From Malacoraja senta (lineage: Eukaryota): a DNA stretch of 64,000 nt. Both the position numbers and the translations under genes were made by a program. How positions within the stretch are numbered: position 1 is the stretch's first letter; each line of letters begins with the position of its first letter. Location of the stretch: positions 8,682,001 through 8,746,000 of the forward strand of contig CM075992.1 in NCBI GenBank assembly GCA_038087875.1, read 5' to 3'. Under the pieces are notes generated by a model. The model was not told the origin of the DNA. It ran no database searches and saw nothing but the letters and a program-made list of their open reading frames with translations. This document shows positions 1 to 11,603 of the stretch, one piece after another.

Positions 1-841
1 AGGACAGTTAAAAGCCCATAACTTTCTTAAAAATTAAGAGAACTGAAAGACATTTTCAGTTATTATAGATTGAAGCATTCTGAAACAAATATGAAACAAT
101 CTTACTTAGATGACATGAAATTAAAGCATATAATTAGTTAGTTACCTAATTGTAGCTAATTACAAAATTCAATTACTATATCTAAACATCTATCAATTTC
201 TTAAGAATCGATTAACATTTTTAAATAGCCTAAGTGTCCAAATAACATTCACACAAGAATTCACAATATAACATAATTTTAAAATCTCATTGTCATGGAT
301 TTACAGGCCAAATGGAAGGAATTGAATGTTTAATACCTGTAAATTAATGGGCATCTAAATCATTTTGCGAGTGAGGTTTTCTGGAACGCGATCATATGGA
401 ACGTTCATTTGCGGTGAATTTAACCCCGTATCGGCATGAAAAATTCTGCCATTAGTTCGGGGAATAAAATTACCGTTTCGCATGAAAAAATGTGAATTAA
501 AGGCTTCTTAAGAAGCACTTTTATACATTAAAATAAACCACTTTCGTTTACCTGTCCCGTACGTGAAATCCGTCCCCGTTGTCGGCGTTGACGGCTTTAG
601 GAGCTGCTTTTAAAATGACTCCAGCGCTGACATTGTCGATTTAATAAAAATAAAAAATACACAAAACGCCCCTAGGAACGATTTTTCAGCAAACGCTTGT
701 ACTCCAACGAAATATAATACAGGACAAGGTAGGAGAAACCCGCGTTTTAACCCCGCCCCCCCCCTCAAAGGCGTTTAAATCGCGCACACGGCCAGTGACA
801 GAATTACAGCACCACTGAGGGTAAGTATTGTAACATACCTA
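1..841. mobile_element. Probable end of a non-autonomous DNA transposon (Academ-like terminus), cut by the window edge
   Basis: AT-rich but CpG-containing block that ends in ...GTAACATACCTA (TAGG on the - strand), the same TAGG terminus as the 42578-44180 element. The partner TIR is not in the window. Confidence 0.3.
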
Positions 842-1169
842 CGTACAGGTGAAGAGGTGGCATACCTCCATAGGACATCTGCGTGGAAAGTCCAGGGTCA
901 CCTGTCGGGAGGTGGTGTTCGAGATCTACAAGGCAGGGAGGTGCAGTGCGAGGAGAGGACAGTTGTTCTGTGTAGTTCACGGGGAATGTTGTGCAGAAGG
1001 GGGGCTCCTCTGAGGGAAGGAGTGGTTTGTGAACCTTGAACTTACGATCTCGTCATGGCCTGCGAGGCCAGGGTTTATTGCCAATCCCCAATTACAAGGG
1101 GCCGTGAACTGCCCACCCAAACCACCCTGACCCTCTGGTGAAGGTGTTTCACCAGAGGGTCACCAGAGG

Positions 1170-1437
1170 AACATAGAACAAACATAGATCATAGAACAGA
1201 ACATAGAACATAGAACATAGAACATAGAATATGGAACATGGAACATGGAACATGGAACATGGAACATAGAACATGGAATGTGGAACATGGAACATAGAAC
1301 ATGGAACATAGAACATGGAACATGGAACATAGAACATGGAACATGGAACATGGAACATAGAACATGGAACATGGAACATGGAACATGGAACATGGAACGT
1401 GGAACATGGAACATGGAACATAGAACATAGAACATAG
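1170..1437. repeat. 7-bp minisatellite (GGAACAT/AGAACAT)n
   Basis: Direct reading; explains the spurious MFHVPCS ORFs. Confidence 0.95.
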
Positions 1438-1469
1438 TTTCTGTTTCAGATTAGTTTATAGAAGGAACA

Positions 1470-1745
1470 TAGATATAGACCATAGTACATAGACCATAGT
1501 ACTTAGACCATAGTACATAGACCATAGTACATAGAGCATAATACATAGACCATAGTACATAGACCATAGTACATAGACCATAGTACATAGACCATAGTAC
1601 ATAGACCATAGTACATAGACTATAGTACATAGACCATAGTACATAGACCATAGTACATGGACCATAGTACATAGACTATAGTACATGGACCATGGTACAT
1701 AGACCATAGAACATGGACAGACCATAGAACATAGCCCATAGAACA
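1470..1745. repeat. 14-bp minisatellite (ACATAGACCATAGT)n
   Basis: Direct reading. Confidence 0.95.
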
Positions 1746-1754
1746 ACATTTTAC

Positions 1755-1928
1755 TGAAGCCAATTAGCCTACAAACCTGCACGTCTTTGGAGTGTGGGAG
1801 AAATCCGGAGCACCCGGAGAAAACCCACGCAGTCACGAGGAGAACATACAAACTCCGTACAGACAGGATTGAACCCGGGTCTCCGACGCTGTGAGGCAGC
1901 AACTCTACTGCTGCGCCACCGTGTCGCC
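1755..1928 (-). mobile_element. tRNA-derived V-SINE (HE1-like) fragment
   Basis: tRNA-like head GGCGACACGGTGGCGCAGCAGTAGAG...GGTTCAATCC followed by the V-domain ctgtacggagtttgtatgttctcc. Confidence 0.85.
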
Positions 1929-2050
1929 CGACAAAAGTTTTTTTAATGAAAATCTCCGCTGGATCACTCCGTGAGGACAGTTGTCCTTGAGTTGGGCCAC
2001 TTGTATCTCCAGTCACATTATCACCACGTGTCCAGTTACCCCACGAGCCC

Positions 2051-2068
2051 TACTGCCCCCTGGTGGGG
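2051..2068 (-). promoter_or_regulatory. CTCF consensus motif
   Basis: TGCCCCCTGGTGG (CCACCAGGGGGCAG on the - strand) lies in unique sequence. Motif match only. Confidence 0.4.
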
Positions 2069-3334
2069 AAGAGCGTAAATGGCACAGGTGCCCAGCAATG
2101 GCGGGATAGATACCTCAGGCAGCACGTTCCAGGCCCCCACCACCCTCTGTCTTAAAAATATTGCCCCGCACCCCTCCTTTCAACTTTGCCCCTCTCATCC
2201 TTAAAGCTCTGCCCTCTAGATTTTGACTTTACCATCCTGGGGGAAAAAAAAGGTTGTGACTGTCTATCCTCTCTGTGCCTCTCATAATGTTATAAACGTC
2301 TATCAGATCTCTCAATTTCTGGCATTCCAAAGAAAACAATCCAAGTCCGTTCAACTTCAGAAGAATTGTCTAGTTTCCGCCCCCCCCTCCCGAAGAAGGG
2401 TCCTAACCCATAACTGAGGGTGGTGAATCTGTGGAATTCATTGCCACAGACGGCTGTGGCAATGAATTAAAGCGGAGATAGACACAAATTGCTGGAGTAA
2501 CTCAGCGGGCCAGGCAGCATCTCTGGAGAGAAGGGTCTCAACCCAAAACATCACCTATTTACTTTCTCCAGAGATGCTGCCTGTTACTCCAGCACTTTGC
2601 GTCTATCTCCGGTGTAAACCAGCATCTGCAGTTCCCCCCTACACATTTAAATTGGAGATTGACAGATTTGTGATTAGTGCGGGTGTCAGGGGTTATGGGG
2701 AGAAGGCAGGTGAATGGGGTTAGGAGGGAGAGATAGATCAGCCATGATTGAATGGCGGAGTAGACTTGATGGGCCGAATGGCCTAATTCTGCTCATATGT
2801 CCGATGAACTTATGAAAGTTCACCTATCCATGTTCTGCGGAGATGCTGCCTGACCCGCTGAGTTACTCCAGCACTCATAGAGTGATACAGCATTGGAAAC
2901 AGGCCCTTCGGCCCAACGCCCACACCAGCCAACATGTCCCAGCTACACTAGTCCCACCTGCCCACGTTTGGCCCATATCCCTCCAAACCTGTCCTATCCA
3001 TGTACCTGTCAAACTGTTTCTTAAATATCGGGATAGTCCCAGCCTCAACTACCTCCTCTGGCAGCTCTGTGTCTTCTTCAGTCCAACCTCTCCCTGTAGC
3101 TGAAACCTCTCCGTGAAAAATGCAACCAGCCTGATCTCCCGCTGTTGAAGCCAAGTGTATATAGGCTTTGTAAACAGAATATTGTGGAGTGGCGCTGGTG
3201 TGGAGCGGGATGGGCAGGATGGTGGCTCGGCCCACGGACCGGCTACTGTGTCCATCCCAGCAGAGAGAGCGAGTGAATGGCGGGAACGTTGTCCGGCCAA
3301 GTGTACCGGGGCACAGGGAGGAATGGCACGGGAA

Positions 3335-3665
3335 CAGATGGGATGTAATGGGAAGGGATGGGAAAGGTCGAGGTGGGATTGGAAAGGTTGGGATTGGAAA
3401 GGTTTAAATGGGAAGGGATGGGATGGGAAGGGATGGGATAGGATGGGAAGGGATGGGAAGAGTTGGGATGGGAAGGGATGGAACGGGAAGGGATGGGATG
3501 GGATAGGATGGGAAGGGATGGGAAGAGTTGGGATGGGAAGGGATAGAACGGGAAGCAATGGGAAAGTTTGGGATGGGAACGGTTGGGACGGGAAGGGATG
3601 GAACAGGAGGGGATGGAAAAGGTTGGGATGGGAAGGGATGGGTTGTGATGGGAAGGGATGGGACA
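3335..3665. repeat. 5-bp purine-rich satellite (GGGAT/GGGAA)n
   Basis: Direct reading. Confidence 0.9.
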
Positions 3666-3804
3666 GGAGGTATTGGGTCTTGGTCAGCTCCCACCTCAAT
3701 CATTGCCCCTCTCTCCGCAGGCTGGGCTGAAGAAGGGTTCCAACGTCACCCATTCATTCTCTCCAGGGATGCTGCCTGTCCCACTGAGTTACTCCAGCAT
3801 TTTA

Positions 3805-4082
3805 GTTTGGTTTAGAGATACAGCGCGGAAACAGGCCCTTCAACCCACGTATTCTTCCCGACCAGCGATCCCCGCTCATTAACACTATCCTGCACACACT
3901 AGTTCATGCCAAGCCAATTAACCTACAAATCTGCACGTCGTGGGGTGTGGGAGGAAACCGGAACGCCCGGAGAAAACCCATGCGGTCACGGGGAGAACGT
4001 ACAAACTCCGTACAGACAGCGCCCGTAGTCAAGGTGGAAGCCGGGTCTGTGGCGCTGTGAGGCAGCAACTCTACCGCTGCTG
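3805..4082 (-). mobile_element. V-SINE (HE1-like)
   Basis: Head, V-domain and the CR1-shared tail are present. Confidence 0.85.
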
Positions 4083-4223
4083 CCCCCTTGTGTATCTTTG
4101 GTGTAAACCAGCATCAGTGGTTCCTTCCTCCACACTCCTGCCCCTCACCACTGGTCAGCCAGACCCTGGGGCTAAGGGGATGTGGAGCCGCAGACGCTGA
4201 CCCCTCCCTCTCTTGTGTTTCAG

Positions 4224-4375
4224 AGTCCGGGCCGGCAGCCGCGACTGGCCGGAGCGGCGGCGTCACCACAGCCAGAGAGCCCGAGCCCAGGCTGCCCAGC
4301 GGGGGGCCCAGCACCGCCCCGGACCCCCGAACCAGCACCGCCCAGCACCGCCAGCTGACCACTGCCCATCACCGG
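4224..4375 (+). CDS. ADGRE: ADGRE-like adhesion GPCR, Ser/Thr/Pro-rich stalk exon (phase 1 to 0)
   Basis: ttgtgtttcag acceptor and gtaacg donor; GC-rich open frame ESGPAAATG...TTAHHR; phase fits the next exon. Confidence 0.6.
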
Positions 4376-4578
4376 GTAACGTCCAGGGGCATTGGGCACA
4401 CTCTCACTAGGGGTGGGCAAGGGGGAGGGGAGGAGAGGGGGAAGGTGGGGGGGAGGGAGAGGGGAAGGGGAGGGGGTAGGGGAGAGAGGTATGAGAGGGG
4501 TGGGAAAGAGGAGATGGTGTGGGGTGGGGACAGTTGGGGAGAGCGGTGAGGGGTGGGGAAGGGAGGGCTGGGGAGGTG

Positions 4579-4850
4579 TAGACAATAGACAATAGACAAT
4601 AGGTGCAGGAGTAGGCCATTCGGCCCTTCGAGCCAGCACCGCCATTCAATGTGATCCTGGCTGATCATCCCCAATCAGTACCCCGTTCCTGCCTTCTCCC
4701 CATATCCCCTGACTCCGCTATCTTCAAGAGCCCTATCTAGCTCTCTCTTGAAAGCATCCAGAGAACCTGCCTCCACAGACAGAGAATTCCACAGACTCAC
4801 CACTCTCTGTGAGAAAAAGTGTTTCCTTGTCTCCGTTCAAAATGGCTTAC
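4579..4850 (-). mobile_element. CR1 LINE 3' tail
   Basis: Same 3' end as 9770-10378, with the (CTATTGT)n tail. Confidence 0.85.
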
Positions 4851-5131
4851 TCAAATGGCTAAATGGGAGAGGGGCGAGGGGTGGGGACAGGTGGGTTTAG
4901 GGGTGGGTGAGGGGTAAGGACAGTTGGGGTGAGGGGTGGTCGACACTGTTGGGTCTTGCGCCAGGCATTGTGGAGCATCATGCCCACCAGAGGCCAGGCA
5001 GTGGTTGGGGAGGAGTGAGCGAGGGGCGGTAGTGCCGGGCAATGCCCACAGAGGGCACCAGTGAGCTGCGCCGACTCCCCCTTCCCCCTCACACAAGGGG
5101 GTATGTAACCCACCCGCTTGTATATCTCCAG

Positions 5132-5230
5132 CCACACGCACTCTGGGAGGAGATCTGTGCCAGGGCCTCCAACACCAGCCGGCTGTTTGACGGGTTGTGC
5201 CAGGGAGCGGGCACTGGATTACCACCAGAG
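5132..5230 (+). CDS. ADGRE: ADGRE-like exon, start of GAIN region (PHALWEEICARASNTSRLFDGLCQGAGTGLPPE)
   Basis: ctccag acceptor and gtgagc donor; 99 bp, phase 0-0. Confidence 0.7.
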
Positions 5231-5444
5231 GTGAGCACTCATCACCCTGAGACCATGCAGATGCTTCCATCCTGAGCACTGATCATGGCCGATCTATCTC
5301 TCCCTCCTAACCCCATTCTCCCGCCTTCTCCCCATAACCCCTGACACCCGCACTAATCAAGAATCTATCTATCTCTGCCTCAACAATAAACCCTCCACAG
5401 CCTTCTGTAGCAATGAATTCCACAGATTCACCACCCTCTGACTA

Positions 5445-5752
5445 GGGTGGCACGGTGGTGCAGCGGTAGAGTTGCTGCCCCACAGTGCCAGAGACCCGGG
5501 TTCCATCCCGACTAGGGGTGCTATCTGTACGGAGTTTGCACGTTCTCCCCGTGACCTGCGTGGGTTTTCTCCGAGATCTTCGGTTTCCTCCCACACTCCA
5601 AAGACGTGCAGGTTTGTAGGTTAATTGGCTTGGTGTAAATGTAAATTGTCCCTAGTGTGTGTAGGGTAGTGTTAATGTGCGGGGATCGCTGGTCAGTGCG
5701 GTCTCAGCGGGCCGAAGGGCCTGTTTCCGCGCTGTATCTCTGAACTAAACTA
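5445..5752 (+). mobile_element. Full-length V-SINE (HE1-like)
   Basis: tRNA A/B boxes, V-domain, gggccgaagggcctgtttcc tail and (CTAAA)n end. Confidence 0.9.
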
Positions 5753-5849
5753 AAGAAATCCCTCCTCATCTTCTTTCTAAAGGTACGTCCGTTTATTCTG
5801 AAGCTATGGCCTCTGGTCCTGGACTCTCCCACGAGTGGAAACATCCTCT

Positions 5850-6176
5850 GGGCCTGGCCAAGTTGGCCATCCGCGAGTCACGGCGCCAGGCGGAAGAGGG
5901 CTCTGCCCAAGCCGGATACCTGCCCCTTTTCCGGGGTTACGTCCGCGCCCGGGTGGTGTTAGAGAGGGACTACACGCTGTCCACGAGCACCCTGGGGGAT
6001 TTCCGAGACCGCTGGGCACCGCGGGGGGTGGAATGTGTCCTTAATAAGGATGGTGATATAGTTGTTTCACAATATTTCTACTATTTGTTCTATGGCGGTG
6101 GGTTTGTTTTGAGTAATTTCATTTGTAAATAATATTGTAAATGCTGGAATAAATCTATTTTTGGTTTAAAAAGAAA
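5850..6176 (+). mobile_element. Tx1-like LINE 3' end inserted in a CR1 fragment
   Basis: LGLAKLAIRESRRQ...FRDRWAPRGVECVL ORF2 C-terminus, AATAAA and A-rich tail. The flanking duplication agtggaaacatcctct lies at 5834-5849 and 6177-6192. Confidence 0.7.
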
Positions 6177-6260
6177 AGTGGAAACATCCTCTCCACATCC
6201 TAGACTTGAGGAGGAGAGGGGTGGGTCACAGCACTGATGGATGGGGTTGTTGTACTGCAG

Positions 6261-6438
6261 GATGTGATTGCGTTTTCGAGCGGGCTGTTGGCCGGCCGCT
6301 CCGAGTGGAAGGAGACGCCGTGGGAGGAGAGGATCGAGTCTGCCTCCCGCCTACTGACGGGCGTGGAGGAGGCTGCCCTCTCCTGGGGCAGCATCGGCCC
6401 CGCAGACAGGCCCAGGACCATCGCCAACGAGGAGATGG
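6261..6438 (+). CDS. ADGRE: ADGRE-like GAIN exon (DVIAFSSGLL...RTIANEEM)
   Basis: tactgcag acceptor and gtaaac donor, phase 0 to 1; helix SRLLTGVEEAAL resembles ADGRE GAIN subdomain A. Confidence 0.8.
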
Positions 6439-6480
6439 GTAAACCCACCGCGGAGCGGCACGGGGGAGAGAGGGGTGGCA

Positions 6481-6780
6481 GCCCAGCTCAGCCCAGCTTA
6501 GCCCAGCTCAGCCCAGCCCAGCTCAGCCCAGCTTAGCCCAGCTCAGCCCAGCTCAGCTCATCTCAGCTCAGCCCAGCTCGGCCCAGCTCAGCTCAGCTCA
6601 GCTCATCTCAGCTCAGCCCAGCCCAGCTCAGCCCAGCTCAGCTCAGCTCAGCTCAGCCCAGCTCAGCCCAGCTCAGCCCAGCTCGGCCCAGCTCAGCTCA
6701 GCTCAGCTCATCTCAGCTCAGCCCAGCCCAGCTCAGCCCAGCTCAGCTCAGCCCAGCTCAGCTCAGCTCAGCTCAGCTTA
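6481..6780. repeat. 5-bp satellite (GCTCA/GCCCA)n
   Basis: Direct reading; reads (TGAGC/TGGGC)n on the - strand. Confidence 0.95.
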
Positions 6781-7250
6781 GGTCGCGTTGCTGGACCCCA
6801 CACCCCCATCGGTCACCGGTCACCCCTGAGCCGGGCCCGAGGGTCACCTCACCTACAGCCGAGAGCTGGCATGGGAGCGATGGGCTGAAGGGTCTCCCAC
6901 CCTAGGGTGGGGAGGGGGAAGGGGACAATCACAGAGGAAGCTCAGCCTGAACCAGCTCACTGCAGCGGGTGGAGTGGAATGGAGTGGAGTGGAGTGGAGT
7001 GGAGTGGAGTGGAGTGGAGTGGAGTGTGGACCCAAGTGTGAAGTGGGTGTAGACCAAAGATAGACCAGGTGGATGCAGGTGATGGAGGAGGGGGGGTAGA
7101 TGGAGGGGGGGGAGAGGGGGGTGGAGGGATGGTGGTATGGGATGTAGAGGGGGTAATGCCAGGGATGGAGGGGACGATGCTGATGGTGGAGGGCCTGACC
7201 TCTCTGACCCTCTCTGACCTCTGCTCTCTGACCTCCGTCCTGTCTCCCAG

Positions 7251-7358
7251 ACCTACAGGTGGTCCGTGTGGAGGGCGCCCCCGGAGGCGACCGCGTGCGG
7301 CTACAGGCCGGCGGCAACATGGCGGAGGTGGGCTGGAGGACGGAGACCAACACCTCGG
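7251..7358 (+). CDS. ADGRE: ADGRE-like GAIN exon (DLQVVRV...VRLQAGGNMAEVGWRTETNTS)
   Basis: tgtctcccag acceptor and gtaaac donor; 108 bp, phase 1-1. Confidence 0.8.
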
Positions 7359-7494
7359 GTAAACGCACTAACCCCTCGCCCAGAGACACCCACACTCACC
7401 CCCGTCCCACACCCACCTCACCATCCCCTCACCCAGAGACACCCCCCCCCCCCCACTGCCCCTCCCACACAACCCCCACCTCACATACACATAG

Positions 7495-8020
7495 TCAGTT
7501 CTGGGCACCATGTTATAGGAAAGATGTTGTCAAGCTTGAAAGGGTTCAGAAAAATTTACGAGGATGTTGCCAGGACTAGTGTGTGAGCTACAGGGAGAGG
7601 TTGAGCAGGCTGGGTCTCAACTCCTTGGAGCGCAGGAGGATGAGGGGTGATCTTATAGAGGTGTCCAAAATCATGAGGGGAATAGATTGGGTGGATGCAC
7701 AGAGTCTCTTGCCCAGAGTAGGTGAATCGAGGACCAGAGGACATAGGTTCAAGGTGAAGGGGAAAAGATTTAATAGGAATCTGAAGGGTAACTTTCGCAC
7801 ACAAAGGGTGGCGGGTGTATGGAACCAGCTGTCAGAGGAGGTAGTTGAGGCTGGGACTATCCCATTGTTTAAGAAACAGTTAGACAGATACATGGATAGG
7901 ACAGGTTTGGAGGGATATGGACCAAGCGCAGGCAGGAGGGACTAGTGTGGCTGGGACATTGTTGGCCGGTGTGGGCAAGTTGGGCCGAAGGGCCTGTTTC
8001 CACACTATATCACTCTATGA
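7495..8020 (+). mobile_element. CR1 LINE 3' fragment
   Basis: QFWAPCYRKDVVKLERVQ and SYRERLSRLGL.SLERRRMRGDLIEV motifs. Confidence 0.9.
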
Positions 8021-8579
8021 CATACACTTCATGTCCCCCCCCCCCCCCTCCCAACCAGTCCCACTGTGGGAGGTGGTCAGAGTGCCCCCCACCCTGGCAG
8101 ACCACACCTTGCCCCCACCACCCTTGTAACACATCCACTGAATCCTCTTGACTTTATTCTTCAGAGGTACACACAGAAGATGGACAGAAAAAGCTGGAGT
8201 AACTCAGCGGGTCAGGCAGCATCTCTGGAGGAAAGGAATAGGTGACGTTTCAGGTCGGGACCCTTTTACAGACTTATTTTCTCCAGAGATAGCACGCAAC
8301 AAAAGCTTTTCACTGTACCTCGGTACATGTGACAACAATAAGCTGATCTAAACTAGATGCTGCCTGGCCCGCTGAGCAAGATCTACAGATAACTGGCATT
8401 GATCATAAGATCATATCATATGATAGGAGCAGAATTAGGCCATTCGGCCCATCAAGTCTACTCCACCATTCAATCATGGCTGATCTATCTCTCCCTCCTA
8501 ACCCCATTCTCCTGCCTTCTCCACATAACCCCTGACACCTGCACTGATCAAGAATCAGTCAGGAGACTGAGGGCAGAGG

Positions 8580-9110
8580 TTGGGACATTACGTTATGGTT
8601 GTACAAAGTGTTGGTGAGCCCGCACTCGGACTATTGTGTTCAGTTTTGTTCACCCTCCGACTGGAAGGATGCCACTAAGCTGGAACGAACGAAGAGAAAA
8701 TCTACGAGGATGTTGCCAGGATTCGAGGGCCTGCGCTACAGGGAGCGGTTGGGCAGGCTAGGACTATTCCTTGGAGCACAGGAGGCTGAGGGGTGATCTT
8801 ATAGAGGTGTATAAAATCATGAGGGGAACAGAAGGAGAATGCACAGAGTGTTTTACCCAGAGTAGGGGAATCAAGAACCAGAGGACACAGGTTTACGGTG
8901 AGGGGAAAGATTTAATAGGAATCTGAGGGGGAATTTTTTCACACAGAGGGTGGTGGGTAGATGGAATAAGCTGCCAGAGGAGGTAGTCGAGGCAGGGACT
9001 ATAACAGCATTTAAAAGACAGGTACATGGATAGGACAGGTTTGGAGGGGTATGGGCCAAACGCGGGCAGGTGGGACTAGTGTAGCTGGGGCATGTTGGTC
9101 GGCGTGGGCA
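8580..9110 (+). mobile_element. CR1 LINE 3' fragment (degenerate)
   Basis: YKVLVSPHSDYCVQF, CR1 ORF2 C-terminus. Confidence 0.85.
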
Positions 9111-9769
9111 AGCTGTAAGAGTCTACGATGCCCTGTCCAGCAGTCTAATGCCAGTGCACCAATGATCAGCAAGTGTGTGGGAAGGAACTGCAGATGCTGG
9201 TTTAAACTGAAGATAGACACAAAAAGCTGGAGTAACTCAGCGGGTCACTGGAGTTTAGAAGAATGAGGGGGAACTTCATTGAAACATATAGAATATTGAA
9301 AGGCCTGGATAGAGTGGATGTGGAGAGGATGTTTCCACTAGTGGGAGAGTCCAGGACTAGAGGTCACAGCCTCAGAATTAAAGGACGTTCCTTTAGGAAG
9401 TAGATTAGGAGAAATGTCTTCAGTCAGCGGGTGGTGAATCTGTGGAATTCTTTGCCGCAGAAGGCTGTGGAGGCCAAGTCAGTGAATATTTTTAAGGCAG
9501 AGACAGATAGATTCTTGATTAGTGCGGGTGTCAGGAGTTATGGGGAGAAGGCGGGAGAATGGGGTTAGGAGGGAGAGATAGATCAGCCATGATTGAATGG
9601 CGGAGTGGTCTTGATGGGCCGAATGGCCTAATTCTACTCCTGTTCCTTATGACCTTATGACAGCATCTCTGGAGAGAAGGAATAGGTGACGTTTCGGGTC
9701 GAGGCCCTTCTTCAGACTGACAGTCAGGGGAAATGGAAACAAGAGATTTAAACGGTGATGTAGAGAGAT

Positions 9770-10378
9770 AGACAATAGACAATAGGTGCAGGAGTAGGCC
9801 ATTCGGCCCTTCGAGCCAGCACCGCCATTCAATGTGATCATGGCTGATCATCCCCAATCAGTACCCCGTTCCTGCCTTCTCCCCATATCCCCTGACTCAG
9901 CTATTTTCAAGAGCCCTATCTAGCTCTCTCTTGAAAGCATCCAGAGAACCGGCCTCCACCGCCCTCTGAGGCAGAGAATTCCACAGACTCACAACTCTCT
10001 GTGAGAAAAAGTGTTTCCTCGTCTCCGTTCTAAATGGCTTACTCCTTATTCTTAAACTGTGGCCCCTGGTTCTGGACTCCCCCAACATCGGGAACATGTT
10101 TCCTGTCTCTAGTGTGTCCAAGCCCTTAACAATCTTATATGTTTCAATGAGATACCCTCTCATCGTTCTAAACTCCAGAGTGTACAATCCCAGCTGCTCC
10201 ATTCTCTCAACATATGACAGTCCCACCATCCAGGGAATTAACCTTGTAAACTTACGCTGCACTCCCTCAATAGCAAGAATGTCCTTCCTCAAATTAGGGG
10301 ACCAAAACTGCACACAATACTCCTGGTGTGGTCTCACTGGGGCTCTGTACAACTGCAGAAGGACCTCTTTGTTCCTAT
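9770..10378 (-). mobile_element. CR1 LINE 3' fragment
   Basis: ORF 9897-10391: EVLLQLYRAPVRPHQEYCVQFWSP... Confidence 0.9.
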
Positions 10379-10553
10379 AGATGTAGAACAAATGAATGAA
10401 AGATCTGCAAAAAAGTAAGGATGATAAAGGAATTGGGTCATGGTTAGCTGTGGGCTAGGTAAAAGCGAGTCACAGACAATGAGACTCAACAAGGCGACTT
10501 TGAAGCTGCATGGCTGGTGGTTTTTGCTCATCTCCCTCTCCCCACTCTCACAG

Positions 10554-10747
10554 GTTCTGCCATCGTTGCCTTCATTGTCTACGGCAACATGGAGTCCATG
10601 CTGCAGGGGGCGCTCTACAGTAACGAGGAGAGCGGCCGTCGTCACAGAGGCTTCCAACTCCAGTCCAAGGTGATATCGGCCGCACTGCGACTCTCGGGGA
10701 ACTCCAGCGCCTCCGTGGCCGTCGAGCTCGTCCTGAAGCATCAACAG
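10554..10747 (+). CDS. ADGRE: ADGRE-like GAIN exon (SAIVAFIVYGNMESML...LQSKVISAAL...VELVLKHQQ)
   Basis: ctcacag acceptor and gtgcgt donor, phase 1 to 0; typical GAIN VAF.Y, L.S.V.SA and L.H motifs. Confidence 0.9.
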
Positions 10748-10956
10748 GTGCGTCTGGTGAACCCGTGTGGGAAGGAACTGCAGACGCTGGTTTAAACCGA
10801 AGATAGACACAAAAAACTCGGCGGGACATGCAGCATCTCTGGAGAGGAGGAATGGGCAACGTTTCTGGTCGAGAACTATCTGAAAGATCCTGCTGGGGTC
10901 GGGGAGTGTTGAACATAAACAAACGTCACTGGACAGTCGGCAAACAACTGCCACTG

Positions 10957-11276
10957 TTTAGACTTTACAGATACAGCGCAGAAACAGGCCCTTCGACCCA
11001 CCGAGTCCGTGCTGACCAGCGATCCCCACACACTAACACTATCCTACACACACACACACACACACTAGGGACAATTTACAATTTTACCAAAGCCCATTAA
11101 CCTACAAACCTGTACGTCTTTGGAGTGTGGGAGGAAACAGGAGCACCTGGAAAAAACCCACGCAGGCCACGGGGAGAACGTACAAACTCCATACAGGCAG
11201 CACCCATGGTCAGGATCGAACCCGGGTCTCTGGCGCTGTGAGGCAGCAACTCTACCGCTGCGCCACCGTGCCGCCC
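10957..11276 (-). mobile_element. V-SINE (HE1-like)
   Basis: Full head-to-tail copy. Confidence 0.9.
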
Positions 11277-11575
11277 AATGTGTGGATGTGATCAGTATCT
11301 TGGTCACACACGTACGGGTTTTAAGATGCAAAGTAAATTGGGAATAGACACAAAATGCCTCCGTTCCTTCCCAGGTTTTGTAGGATCATTGGCCTTCTGT
11401 AAATTGTCCCTAACGTGTAGGATCGAACTAATGTGAACGGGTGATCACGGGTCAGCACGGACTCGGTGGGCCGAAGGGAAGTATCTCTAAACTAAACTAA
11501 ATGGCCAAAGACAGACACAAAAAGCTGGAGTAACTCATCCAGGTCAGGCAGCATCTCTGGAGAGAAGGAATAGTT

Positions 11576-11603
11576 GACGTTTCGGGTTGGAACCCTTCAT
11601 CAG
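11576..11603 (-). ncRNA. Minimal type-I hammerhead ribozyme motif in a Penelope-derived repeat
   Basis: The - strand reads CTGATGA-A-GGGTT-CC-AACCC-GAAA-CGTC: hammerhead core, stem II and palindromic stem III. Activity untested. Confidence 0.65.

Noticed and set aside
857..1039. Cys-containing short ORF as an EGF or signal exon of the ADGRE gene
   Set aside because: No EGF cysteine spacing, signal peptide or convincing splice sites.
1149..1745. ORFs with MFHVPCS / MVYVLWS repeats
   Set aside because: Translations of the 7-bp and 14-bp minisatellites.
3335..3730. GW-repeat ORF resembling an Argonaute-hook protein
   Set aside because: Product of a pentamer satellite; no splice or codon evidence.
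5445..5520. tRNA gene
   Set aside because: tRNA-derived head of a multi-copy V-SINE; no complete cloverleaf.
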